This document shows, piece after piece, positions 19,758-28,874 of a DNA stretch of 64,000 nucleotides. The notes below the pieces were generated by a model, which was not told the DNA's origin, made no database searches, and saw only the letters and a list, made by a program, of their open reading frames with translations. Made by a program: the position numbers and the translations under genes. Origin of the DNA: an uncultured Phycisphaera sp. (GTDB taxonomy: Bacteria; Planctomycetota; Phycisphaerae; UBA1845); assembly GCA_964486335.1 (NCBI GenBank), contig CAZAMB010000019.1, forward strand, positions 7,377 to 71,376. The letters run 5' to 3'. The stretch's first letter is position 1. Each line of letters starts with the position of its first letter.

Positions 19758-20765
19758 TTACCCAATTGCGATCGAAGCTGGATGACGCAACCAATCAATC
19801 AGGGCGTTGACGCCATCGGTCGTGGAAACGCGGGGCTCGTATCCGAAATCTCGCCGGGCCGCCGAAATATCGAAATAATGCGATTTTGCAAGTTGACATG
19901 CCAGAAATCGCGTCATTCGCGGTTCCTCCTTCATTCGAAACAGGGCGTACAACGCCTCGAAGATGCCTCCCACTGCGTATCCCAAACGGGCAGGTATTCG
20001 ACGGTTGACCGGGGCCACGCCGATCGCCTTGAGAATGCCATCGAGCCATTTCCAAAGAACGACGGGTTCACCTTGGCTGACGAAATAGGGTCGCCCGGCG
20101 CACGCCGAACCCGGAGAAAGCGCGGCGGCCGCCAAAACCTGCGCCTCCGCCGCGTTGTCGATATAGGTAATATCTACGAGGTTGGTGCCGTCGCCGACTT
20201 GCATCAGCTTTCTCCGACGCGCACGCTCCACCACTCGCGGAATCAGGTGCGGATCGCCCGGGCCCCAGATAAGGTGTGGACGAAGCGCTACCGTTGCCAG
20301 TGTCCTATCATTGGCCTCCAACACCATTCGTTCCGCCGCCGCCTTCGATTCAGGGTAGGACGCCAGGTATCGCTTCGGATAGGGAGTGGATTCATCGACT
20401 CCGCAGAGGGCCTCGCGCCCAAAAACCACGCTGGGCGAGCTCGTGTATACGAGTTTTCCGACCCCCATCGCACGGCAGGCCGCAATGACGTTTCGCGTTC
20501 CCTCGACATTGATCGAAAAAAAATCTCGCTTCGGTCCCCAGATGCCGGTGAGCGCGGCTACATGGTAGACCACGTCCGCGCCATCGCAGGCCGATCGCAC
20601 CGCGGCCGCATCTCGAATGTCGCCTCGGATGATCCGCGCCGCAAACGGCGCCACATGCTCCGCGTCACTCCGACAATAAACGGAGACCTTGTCGCCGCGC
20701 GCGCACAGCATCCGGACGATCGCGCTACCAAGAAACCCATTGCCGCCGGTGACCAGACACCTCAT
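19758..20765 (-). CDS. NAD(P)-dependent extended SDR (3-beta-hydroxysteroid dehydrogenase / epimerase-dehydratase family)
   Basis: Rossmann motif MRCLVTGGNGFLGSAIV. Catalytic YxxxK in SYPESKAAAE. Confidence 0.85.
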   Translation of the reverse strand: MRCLVTGGNGFLGSAIVRMLCARGDKVSVYCRSDAEHVAPFAARIIRGDIRDAAAVRSACDGADVVYHVAALTGIWGPKRDFFSINVEGTRNVIAACRAMGVGKLVYTSSPSVVFGREALCGVDESTPYPKRYLASYPESKAAAERMVLEANDRTLATVALRPHLIWGPGDPHLIPRVVERARRRKLMQVGDGTNLVDITYIDNAAEAQVLAAAALSPGSACAGRPYFVSQGEPVVLWKWLDGILKAIGVAPVNRRIPARLGYAVGGIFEALYALFRMKEEPRMTRFLACQLAKSHYFDISAARRDFGYEPRVSTTDGVNALIDWLRHPASIAIG

Positions 20766-20889
20766 GGCTGGAGCTTGTTTCCCTGCGCCTCACATGCCAA
20801 AAAGAACGTTTCGCTCGACGAATGCCTCTCCCGTTCCCGCAGCAGCAATTCGATTCGAAGGCGAATTCCTGAACAGGAGAGTCTAAAAC

Positions 20890-21001
20890 CTATCCCAAAA
20901 CCCTGCGAGCCGCGAACTTCAGTTCGCGCGGACCCTCGAATAGCTGGAGTACCTTCACGTTTGACAACCCATCGAAAGCCTGTTGTTCGGTTTTGGGATA
21001 G
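20890..21001. repeat. Perfect 13-bp inverted repeat closing a 112-nt element with a nested hairpin
   Basis: CTATCCCAAAACC (20890-20902) pairs with GGTTTTGGGATAG (20989-21001). Inside it, CGCGAAC-TTCA-GTTCGCG (20911-20928). The element lies in the 583-nt gap upstream of the SDR/KS/ACP genes. Confidence 0.4.
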
Positions 21002-21348
21002 CCTCTCATCAACAAGTAACTTCACTGCCAAGAGCATGAGATCAAGGGGCGTCAGGTTTCGGCCGGCACTTCGGTCGAATCCCCCGCCTGCGGACTGGAG
21101 GACGAACAACGGGCTTCTCCGACGGCGACGTTCCACATGGCTTGGTACCGAGAGGGCGCATTCCTCCAGTTAGGAATTCTGAGACAACAAACGAGCCAAG
21201 AGAAACGCGGAAACGTCTTGGAACCCTTATGAGCGCGGTTTCGCTAAGATCGTGGTGGATCAGCATCCGTGCCGCTCAAGAAGCGCGGAGGACTGCGCAT
21301 TGCGACGCTCGACCTCTTGGACTTCGTTGGCAAAACCGAAACCCGCCG

Positions 21349-23796
21349 TCACTTCGACTCGACCGGGAAGAACGCGGCAAGCAACCGATTCGTTCGATTC
21401 TTCCAGCTCGGCCAGCCCGTGCCTTCGTTCATTTCGCCGCCGGCGACCTTGTATCCTTTGCCCTTCAGCGCCTCGGCGATATCCCGGTTCTTCGCGCCCA
21501 TGTCCCAGGCCTCGTGCGGATTGCGGAAGTCGTATTTTCCCCAGTCCAAATAGACGTTCAGCGGCTGCTCCGATGAGGACTTCAGCAGACCTTTGACGTC
21601 CGGCGAAAACGAGTCAAACAAGAACAGCGAATGGGCGCCGATCCCGCCGATCAGGCTGGGGTTTTTGAGCGCGCACAGCCAGGCGTCCGTACCTGCAAAG
21701 CCGGCGCCGACCGCCGCACGAGCGCTCGCCTTGTCGACGGTGCGGTAGGTCTTGTCGACAAAGGGGACGAGTTCCTCTCCGAACATCTTGGCGAGCTTGT
21801 CCTGTTGCCTAAACGATGGTTCATTCACGAACACGGCAATCAGCGGCGTCACCTGGTGACCGCAGAGCCGATCCAGTGATTGGACAAACGACCCGTGCTT
21901 TAGTGCCTCCTCGCCGCCGAACACATAGACGGTGGGATATCGCGTCGCGGAAGCCTCGTACCCCGCCGGGACGTACACTTCGATCTTTTGCTTTTTGCCT
22001 AGAGCTTCGCTCTCCAATTCGTGCGATTCCAAACGACCGCTCGGCGCCTCGGCGTGAGCGCTGACGTGCGCCGGTTCGAGCCATTGAGGCATGGCGAACC
22101 ACGACATTTTCGTTTCCGCGTTCCCCATGGCCATTTCCATTTCGTCATTGACCAGCGTGACAATGGTTGTCCGTGGGTTGTTCGGATCGGGAATGGTTGC
22201 GTAGTCGCGCATGAAAGCATAATTCAGTCGGGCATCGGATTCGACGGGCATCGAGTAGTAGAACAAATCTGTGCCCGCAACGTGGTGCATCCGGCGTTCC
22301 TGGCGCGCGCCGAACATATCGCCTGCCACGGCCAGGTCCGCGCCCGGCCCTCGATAAACGTAATGAACTGTGCGGTCTCCTTCGACGATGGGAAAGCTCT
22401 CTTGCTTTTCCATAAACTGATCAATGGCGGCCTTCTTGTCAGTTTCCGAAGACAGCGAAGTAATGAACTGTCCGAACTTCGAATCGGGCAATATTCCGTC
22501 GACGGCCTTCGCCGCGGTTGCCGAAGTGGTTTTGCCGCGAACAACGTCGATTCGAGAAAGCTCGCTTTGACTTCGCGCGTAGATTCGCCCGTTGGCGAAA
22601 CTCGGATGCGACCAGACCACGTCGTCAAAAACACTGACCGAAGCCGCTTCCTGATAGTTTTCTTTCATCGCCCGAATGACATGAACACTTCCATTCTTGG
22701 TGGCGAGCACGAGATGACCATCGACAAGGATGAGAAAACCGTCTCCGGGTTCGCGAGACTTCCAGGTCGTTTCGCCGCTCTCGGCGTTCACGCAGGTCAG
22801 AAACCGCGCGCTATAGGCGTACAAGTGTCCACTGAAGAAGACGGGTACGTTGTAACTGTTGCGGATGGAACGACCCTCCCAGGCCGCGCTGAACTCCGTA
22901 TTGTCCTGGCCCGGCTTCCATTCCAGCACCGTGGAGGCGTCATCCTTATTGGCGAGAAATACGCGGTTTTGCGCCGTCGAAACCGGCACCATGCTTCCCG
23001 ACCCGCGCGCTCCGCCGCCGCTGTGCTCATGCGTCCAATGAACGGTTCCGTCCGCGGCGTTGAGGGCAATAACGGTCTTGGAACCGCCGGCGAGCACCAT
23101 GCGACGACCGTCGGCCTCGTGAACGACAGGCGATTGATAGGCAACGTCGTCGGTGCCGGCCGACCATAGTTTCTTTCCGGTCGTCGGATCGAACCCCATG
23201 ACCATGCCGCCATCGGGCGCGCCGACTTCGACAATCAAGACACCGTCAACGACTATCGGCGATGCGGCAAAACCGTAAAACGGCGCTTTGGCTTTTTGCT
23301 CCTCCACAAGATCGACCGACCAAATCAACTCACCGGATTTCAGCGAGACACCGACAAGCCGCCCCCGCGCGCCCAGCATGAACACGCGCTCGCCGTCAAT
23401 CAGCGGGGTGGCGATCGGTCCGTCGTGCGAACCGTCGTGACCCTTGTAGATCGCCTCAAGGTCGAACGTCCAACGACGTTGACCGCTGGCCGCGTCGAAA
23501 CAGGCGAGTACGTCCCGGTCGCCCTCCGCAAATGCGGTGACGACGCTTTCGCCCACTACGGCGATCCCCGAATACCCGTGACCGATCTTTATCTTCCACC
23601 CGACCTGCAAGCCGATCGCTTCCGACGCGGGAAAGATCTCCCCTTCTCGAGCGATGCCCTGCGCGTCCGGGCCGCGAAACCCCGCCCAATCGGCGGCGTT
23701 TGCTTGGCCACCGACCACGGTGAGTGATGCAACGACAATGGCTGCCGTCGCGACAAGCCGAAAACTCAATGTGTTTGCAGATCGTACCCGTACCAT
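21349..23796 (-). CDS. PQQ-like beta-propeller fused to an esterase-family (Fes / esterase D-like) alpha/beta-hydrolase domain
   Basis: Signal peptide, then ADWAGFRGPDAQG and repeated propeller blades (BamB/PQQ-like). The C-terminal roughly 260 aa (YPTVYVFGGEE...LIAVFVNE...YLDWGKYDF) resemble putative-esterase family proteins. The start is set at the ATG at 23796. Confidence 0.8.
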   Translation of the reverse strand: MVRVRSANTLSFRLVATAAIVVASLTVVGGQANAADWAGFRGPDAQGIAREGEIFPASEAIGLQVGWKIKIGHGYSGIAVVGESVVTAFAEGDRDVLACFDAASGQRRWTFDLEAIYKGHDGSHDGPIATPLIDGERVFMLGARGRLVGVSLKSGELIWSVDLVEEQKAKAPFYGFAASPIVVDGVLIVEVGAPDGGMVMGFDPTTGKKLWSAGTDDVAYQSPVVHEADGRRMVLAGGSKTVIALNAADGTVHWTHEHSGGGARGSGSMVPVSTAQNRVFLANKDDASTVLEWKPGQDNTEFSAAWEGRSIRNSYNVPVFFSGHLYAYSARFLTCVNAESGETTWKSREPGDGFLILVDGHLVLATKNGSVHVIRAMKENYQEAASVSVFDDVVWSHPSFANGRIYARSQSELSRIDVVRGKTTSATAAKAVDGILPDSKFGQFITSLSSETDKKAAIDQFMEKQESFPIVEGDRTVHYVYRGPGADLAVAGDMFGARQERRMHHVAGTDLFYYSMPVESDARLNYAFMRDYATIPDPNNPRTTIVTLVNDEMEMAMGNAETKMSWFAMPQWLEPAHVSAHAEAPSGRLESHELESEALGKKQKIEVYVPAGYEASATRYPTVYVFGGEEALKHGSFVQSLDRLCGHQVTPLIAVFVNEPSFRQQDKLAKMFGEELVPFVDKTYRTVDKASARAAVGAGFAGTDAWLCALKNPSLIGGIGAHSLFLFDSFSPDVKGLLKSSSEQPLNVYLDWGKYDFRNPHEAWDMGAKNRDIAEALKGKGYKVAGGEMNEGTGWPSWKNRTNRLLAAFFPVESK

Positions 23797-24273
23797 CGCC
23801 GCGACCCTTTCTCTTTGAACCGAGACCCGAAACGAATGTCCGAAATTTAGCGGCAGCAACCGGCAGTGTCATGTTTGGACGACTCTTGGACGGATCGCCG
23901 CCGCCGCAACGAGACTCCCGAGATTTTGGCTCTAGCTTCCTACACCCTGGACTCAACCGGATTGGCAGTTGCGTGAATCCGATTCCAAACTTTGGGAATT
24001 CGCCGACTCAAAGTACTTCTCCAGCTATGACGTCCCATAATAACCATTCTTCGGCGGCCTTGATAGCATCTGACCGAGTTCGCAGTTTGAAAACATTGGG
24101 CAGTCTCGGTCGGTGGATGCCTGATTTCAGATTCGCGCATCGTCACGACGAAATCGGCAATTCACTACAAAAAACCTCGGAAACAGCCTTGAATACGATT
24201 CAAATAGCGGCTATGCTTGCGGTTTGGTCCATGGATGGCATGTCTGGTCCTCGTGTCAGGTTGGAGGTGGAAG

Positions 24274-24885
24274 ATGACTCGCAAATCTTTCTCCCGCTGT
24301 TTCAGCGGTGTTGTTGCAGCAGTGGTGCTCAGCAGCGCGGCGACGGCACAGGCGAATGTTCTCCGTGTTGCCGCGCTTGGAAATCCGATTCCTGGCGGCA
24401 GCTGGTTTCAAGATTTCTATGTTTATGCGCCGACGTCGTTCACAAACCTTGGAGTTTATGTAAACGGCGGGGCTGCCCTGTTGGAAGGCGCCCCTTCGAT
24501 GGATTTCTCGGCCGGGGGAACACCGGGCTGGTTTCAGGTCATCGGTCCGCCATCCGGGGCCGTTTGGCCGGTGGCCGCATCCATCGGCCCATCGTCCAAC
24601 AGCGTGATCTGGAGGGCGCACTTCGCCGATCCCGTAAGTCAGCCGTTTTCGATTTCCCTGTTTGCCTTCAGCGACATCGGAAGCAACATTTTCAGCGGAG
24701 CTCGTGCGACGTGGAACGGATCATCATGGACGTATAGCGGCTTGAAGAGTCTCCAGGAATGGTACGACTTTCAGAATGCCGTTGCGTCCAACCCAGTGCC
24801 TGTTCCCGCGGGCGTTGTTTTGGCCGGGCTGGGTCTGCTTTGCGTGGTGAGCGTTCGGATTCGTGCGAAGGCGCACATCGCCTGA
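24274..24885 (+). CDS. Secreted protein with PEP-CTERM-like C-terminal sorting signal
   Basis: A GGAGGTGG Shine-Dalgarno precedes the ATG at 24274. Signal peptide MTRKSFSRCFSGVVAAVVLSSAATAQA. The C-terminus is NPVPVPAGVVLAGLGLLCVVSVRIRAK (Pro motif, TM helix, basic tail). Confidence 0.6.
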   Translation: MTRKSFSRCFSGVVAAVVLSSAATAQANVLRVAALGNPIPGGSWFQDFYVYAPTSFTNLGVYVNGGAALLEGAPSMDFSAGGTPGWFQVIGPPSGAVWPVAASIGPSSNSVIWRAHFADPVSQPFSISLFAFSDIGSNIFSGARATWNGSSWTYSGLKSLQEWYDFQNAVASNPVPVPAGVVLAGLGLLCVVSVRIRAKAHIA

Positions 24886-25072
24886 CGCCTTGTGAACCTC
24901 GCGGAGAACCAACTGCACGGGGCTTCGCGACCTAAGCTTCCTGGGTCATCTAATTTCAACGCAGTGGACGGCGGCATTTTGCTTTCAATATCTGCATGCA
25001 CACGTTACCGGTAAGCGTTAAGCGAACCCGAGCGATTGCTGAAACCCGGTGTGCCGACAAGGCTCTTTTGCC

Positions 25073-25666
25073 ATGCAAAGCAAGGCCGCAACCGTCGAAC
25101 AATACCTGACCGAGTTGCCCGCCGACCGCCGCGAAGCGATTCGGGCCGTCCGTGATGTCATTCTTCGCAACCTCGACAAAGACTACGAAGAAGGCATGAC
25201 GTACGGCATGATCGGGTATTACGTCCCGCATCGGATCTTTCCGGACGGCTACCACTGCAATCCATCGCAGCCGTTGCCGTTCGCAAACGTCGCGTCGCAG
25301 AAGAATCACATGGCCGTGTACCTGATGACGATCTACGACGGGGCGGATCAAGAAAAGTGGTTCCGCGCCGCCTGGGCTAAGACTGGCAAGAAGCTCGACA
25401 TGGGCAAGTGCTGCGTGAGGTTCAAGCGGCTGGAGGACATCGCGCTGGACGTTATTGGCGAGGCGATTCGGCGAGTACCGGCGAAGAAGTATGTTGAATG
25501 GTACCTGTCAATACGCAAAGAACAGTCGGCAAAAAAGCGTCCGGCTAGTCAATCCATTTCCAAAAAGTCGCCGGGGCGGCCCGTCAGGGCAAATTCGGGG
25601 CCGAAAGTGGCGCCCAAGACCAAGGCAAAGAAAACGCGAATAGGTAAGACTGCGCGCGGGTCGTAG
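25073..25666 (+). CDS. DUF1801 (YdhG-like) domain protein with Lys-rich tail
   Basis: MQSKAATVEQYLTELPADRREAIRAVRDVILRNL...QKNHMAVYLM matches the DUF1801 pattern. The C-terminal tail is basic (KKRPASQSISKKSPGRP...KTKAKKTR). Confidence 0.75.
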   Translation: MQSKAATVEQYLTELPADRREAIRAVRDVILRNLDKDYEEGMTYGMIGYYVPHRIFPDGYHCNPSQPLPFANVASQKNHMAVYLMTIYDGADQEKWFRAAWAKTGKKLDMGKCCVRFKRLEDIALDVIGEAIRRVPAKKYVEWYLSIRKEQSAKKRPASQSISKKSPGRPVRANSGPKVAPKTKAKKTRIGKTARGS

Positions 25667-25807
25667 GCATTGGCAATCCTCATCCTGGTTTGTCGAATGC
25701 GAAGCGATTGCCGCTGTCGGCGCGCTTCGAATTCCGTCATTGCAAATGGTTGCAAGAGCCGAAGAATAGTGCAGAGTTGAAACCTAATCCTGCGGCGACG
25801 ATGATTC

Positions 25808-26950
25808 GTGCTCTATCACCTGTTCCACCTGCTGCTCGGCGGTCGGCATTACGCCTACGAGAACACGCTCTTTCGCGGGGCGTGCGCGGCCATCGTTTGT
25901 TTCGCGCTATGCGTCCTGTTCTTTCCCGCGTTCATTCGCCGACTCGTTCGCTGGAAACTCGGCGACCGACCGGAGTTTGACCACGCGTCGCTCAACGAGC
26001 TGACCCGCGAAAAGGCCAACGTCCCCACGATGGGCGGCCTGATGATTCTGGCCTCCATCGCCCTGGCTGTCCTGCTACTGGCCGACTTGACCAATTTCTA
26101 CATTCGCATGGGGTTGGTCTGCCTCGCCTGGCTGACCGCACTGGGAGGCGTCGACGACTGGCTCAAGCTGACCGCCAAGCGTCACTCCCGCAGCCGCGAC
26201 GGGCTGAAGATGTACGAAAAACTGCTCTTTCAGATCGGGCTTGGCGTGGTTCTGGGTTTTTACATCTACCGATTCGGGGAAAACAACTTCGACATGCTCA
26301 ACGCCCCGCCCGATGGCGAAGCCCTGCCGGCCTATAAGGTACTCGGCGTTCCATTTTACAAGGCAGGCGTGCAACTGGGCACCTTTACGTTCATGGCCCT
26401 CACGGTGCTGGTGATGACCGGGTCGTCCAATGCCGTGAATCTGACGGACGGGATGGACGGACTGGCGTCGGGCTGCACGGCCCTGTGCGCGCTCGTCTTC
26501 GCAATCCTGACCTATGTCGTCGGGTCGGAGGAACTCTCGGCGAAACTGCTGTTTTACCACGTCCCGCGTAGCGACGAGTTGGTCATCTTCTGCGGAGCGA
26601 TACTCGGGGCGTGTCTCGGGTTTCTATGGTACAACTGCCACCCGGCCAAGGTATTCATGGGTGACACGGGTTCGCTTCCGTTGGGAGGGCTGATCGGCTA
26701 CGTCGCTGTCGTGACACGGCAGGAACTGATGTTGCTGATCGCCGGAGGCATCTTCGTGATCGAAGCCATGTCGGTGCTGATGCAGATCGGATATTTCAAG
26801 TGGAGCGGAGGCCGGCGCATTTTCCGATGCGCCCCGGTGCATCACCACTTTCACCTCGGCGGCTGGAGCGAACCGCAAACGGTCGTGCGCTTCTGGCTTG
26901 TTGCGGCCATGTTCGCTTTCGCCGCACTCGCGTCCATCAAATTGCGTTAG
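25808..26950 (+). CDS. mraY: Phospho-N-acetylmuramoyl-pentapeptide transferase
   Basis: NVPTMGG, NAVNLTDGMDGLA, VFMGDTGSLPLGG and HHHF motifs. GTG start. Confidence 0.93.
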   Translation: MLYHLFHLLLGGRHYAYENTLFRGACAAIVCFALCVLFFPAFIRRLVRWKLGDRPEFDHASLNELTREKANVPTMGGLMILASIALAVLLLADLTNFYIRMGLVCLAWLTALGGVDDWLKLTAKRHSRSRDGLKMYEKLLFQIGLGVVLGFYIYRFGENNFDMLNAPPDGEALPAYKVLGVPFYKAGVQLGTFTFMALTVLVMTGSSNAVNLTDGMDGLASGCTALCALVFAILTYVVGSEELSAKLLFYHVPRSDELVIFCGAILGACLGFLWYNCHPAKVFMGDTGSLPLGGLIGYVAVVTRQELMLLIAGGIFVIEAMSVLMQIGYFKWSGGRRIFRCAPVHHHFHLGGWSEPQTVVRFWLVAAMFAFAALASIKLR

Positions 26951-27285
26951 CAAACGAGCTGAATCCCCGCAACGCACCGAAATGTATACGCGGACGAAGG
27001 CAAGGATAAAATCAAGGTCTCATTGCGGTGTTTCGCTCGCTAACTCAATGGAACTCCGCTAGAATCAGGTGAATTCCCAGATCGCAACGGTACAAGGGGG
27101 CGAAGGACTCATCATGATACTGCTCAAATTGATCGGCATCGGCGGACTAGCACTCGGCGGATTTGCACTTCGCATGAAATTCTGCTGAGGACACCCGCTG
27201 AACCTGCTCGGTACGGGCATGATCGTCGCCGGCTTTCCGTTGCTCGTCGTCGTTTTCAGGCGTCGAGGGGGTTGACGTATTTACA

Positions 27286-28374
27286 TCAGCGTCCCGGTGT
27301 CCAAAGGTAGAGAAACTGCGGCGCCGGTGGAAACAGCGAGGCCGGAACATTGACGCTGAACAGATTAATGTTGCCTGCCGTAACGGGTGCGGAAGCATAA
27401 TAGTTGGGCCGATAGTCGTGTGCACGTCGGTAGCCGATAAGTCGTACATTCTCGGCGTTGACCTTGGTTTTAACGGCCTCAACCGTGTCCCGAATCGTGG
27501 CGATCCGGTCGATCAGCCCGGCTTCCAGCGCCTGATTGGCCGTGTACACCCGACCATCAGCCAGTCTTCGAACAGCCGCTTCGTCGAGTATGGGTCGCCC
27601 GGCGACCACAACTTTGACAAACCGGTCGTACATGTCCAGCACGATCTTGTGGAACAACTCGCGCTCTTCCGGCTTCATGGCACGGAACGGCGAGCCGGCG
27701 TCCTTAAGTGGTCCTGACGTGATGGCGTCGCCCTTGAGGCCGATGAGGTTCATTGTTCCCGTGGCGTCGATCATCAGCATGATGACCCCGATGCTGCCGG
27801 TCACCGTGGAGGGCTGGGCGACGATTTCGTCGCAGGCGCAGGCGACGTAATATCCACCGCTGGCGGCGACATCCATCATCACGGCGACGACGGGTTTTCC
27901 GGTCGTTTTCCGGAAATGTGAGATTTCGTCGTGCATGAGTTCGCTGGCGACGACAGTTCCGCCGGGAGAGTTGATGCGAAGGATGACCGCTTTGACGGCC
28001 TTGTCGCGCTTTGCGGCGTCGAGCTGTTCGAGGAGCAGGCTGACGGGGTTATCGCCGGGATTGAGAAAGAAGCCCGTCTCCGCATTCTGAATGGTCCCGG
28101 AGAGGTCGATCAACGCGATCTTGTCACGGGCAAAGACGCCGTCGCGGGAAAGTTCAGTCTCCACGAGGTCACGACGGGACGAGACGGGAGTAATCAACAG
28201 GCTTGGTGCGGAACAGGACGGAAAGATCGACAAGGACGCCAACGCGCCGAATGTGATAGAAATGATCGACCGACGATTACCGCGACCTCGAACACTGGGC
28301 ATTGACGAGTTCTCCATCACAGACCGCTCCCGTTTCGCTGAACTGCTAGTGAGCCTACCCTGCCGATTGCTCAC
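27286..28374 (-). CDS. sppA: Signal peptide peptidase SppA (36K type)
   Basis: RINSPGGTVVASE (nucleophile Ser region), AASGGYY, and GSIGV...; N-terminal membrane anchor. Confidence 0.88.
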   Translation of the reverse strand: MSNRQGRLTSSSAKRERSVMENSSMPSVRGRGNRRSIISITFGALASLSIFPSCSAPSLLITPVSSRRDLVETELSRDGVFARDKIALIDLSGTIQNAETGFFLNPGDNPVSLLLEQLDAAKRDKAVKAVILRINSPGGTVVASELMHDEISHFRKTTGKPVVAVMMDVAASGGYYVACACDEIVAQPSTVTGSIGVIMLMIDATGTMNLIGLKGDAITSGPLKDAGSPFRAMKPEERELFHKIVLDMYDRFVKVVVAGRPILDEAAVRRLADGRVYTANQALEAGLIDRIATIRDTVEAVKTKVNAENVRLIGYRRAHDYRPNYYASAPVTAGNINLFSVNVPASLFPPAPQFLYLWTPGR

Positions 28375-28448
28375 CGTAAAGAATCGTGAGTCTGGCGCAA
28401 AGTAACAGCCTGATCGTCGAATTGGTTGTTTTTGATTTGGAGTCTTTC

Positions 28449-28823
28449 ATGAAGCTGTCGGCGGATGAATTTGGAAAGCTTGTCGACGAAGCGTTGGCGG
28501 AGATCCCGCCGGCGTTACGCAAGTATCTCGACAACGTGGTCGTCGACGTGGAGTCGATGCCGAGCCGTGAAGACCTCGCGGAAGTCGAAATCGACGATCC
28601 GACGGAACTGCTCGGGCTGTATCATGGTACGCCGCTGACCGAGCGCGGAGTGGAATTCGCCGGGCTGATGCCTGATCGGATTACGATCTTCCAAAAGAAC
28701 ATCGAACGTATCTGCCGAAGTCGACGTGAAATCATTGAGGAGATTCGCACGACGGTTTTGCACGAAATCGGCCATCATTTCGGGTTGGATGAGGATGACC
28801 TGTACGACGTCGGCTACGATTGA
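28449..28823 (+). CDS. Small zincin-like metallopeptidase family protein
   Basis: HEIGHHFG zinc-binding motif near the C-terminus. GGAG lies 8 nt before the ATG at 28449. About 124 aa. Confidence 0.7.
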   Translation: MKLSADEFGKLVDEALAEIPPALRKYLDNVVVDVESMPSREDLAEVEIDDPTELLGLYHGTPLTERGVEFAGLMPDRITIFQKNIERICRSRREIIEEIRTTVLHEIGHHFGLDEDDLYDVGYD

Positions 28824-28874
28824 TCCTGGTGCGTCACACCGAGCGTGCCGACCACGCCGACGCCCTGCCCGAAC

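Noticed and set aside
21046-21088. tmRNA/tRNA-like fragments: GGGGCGTCAGGTTTCGGCCGG resembles a tmRNA 5' end, and GGTCGAATCCCCCGCC resembles a T-arm.
   Set aside because: No 5-bp T-stem can be drawn around the TCGAATC loop. There is no acceptor-stem complement or CCA-proximal partner for the GGGGCGT 5' end. A full-length tmRNA would run into the CDS that ends at 21349. The resemblance is most likely chance.
25003-25012. 10-bp perfect palindrome TTACCGGTAA upstream of the DUF1801 gene.
   Set aside because: Perfect 10-bp palindromes are expected dozens of times by chance in 64 kb. The flanks are imperfect and no second copy was noticed.
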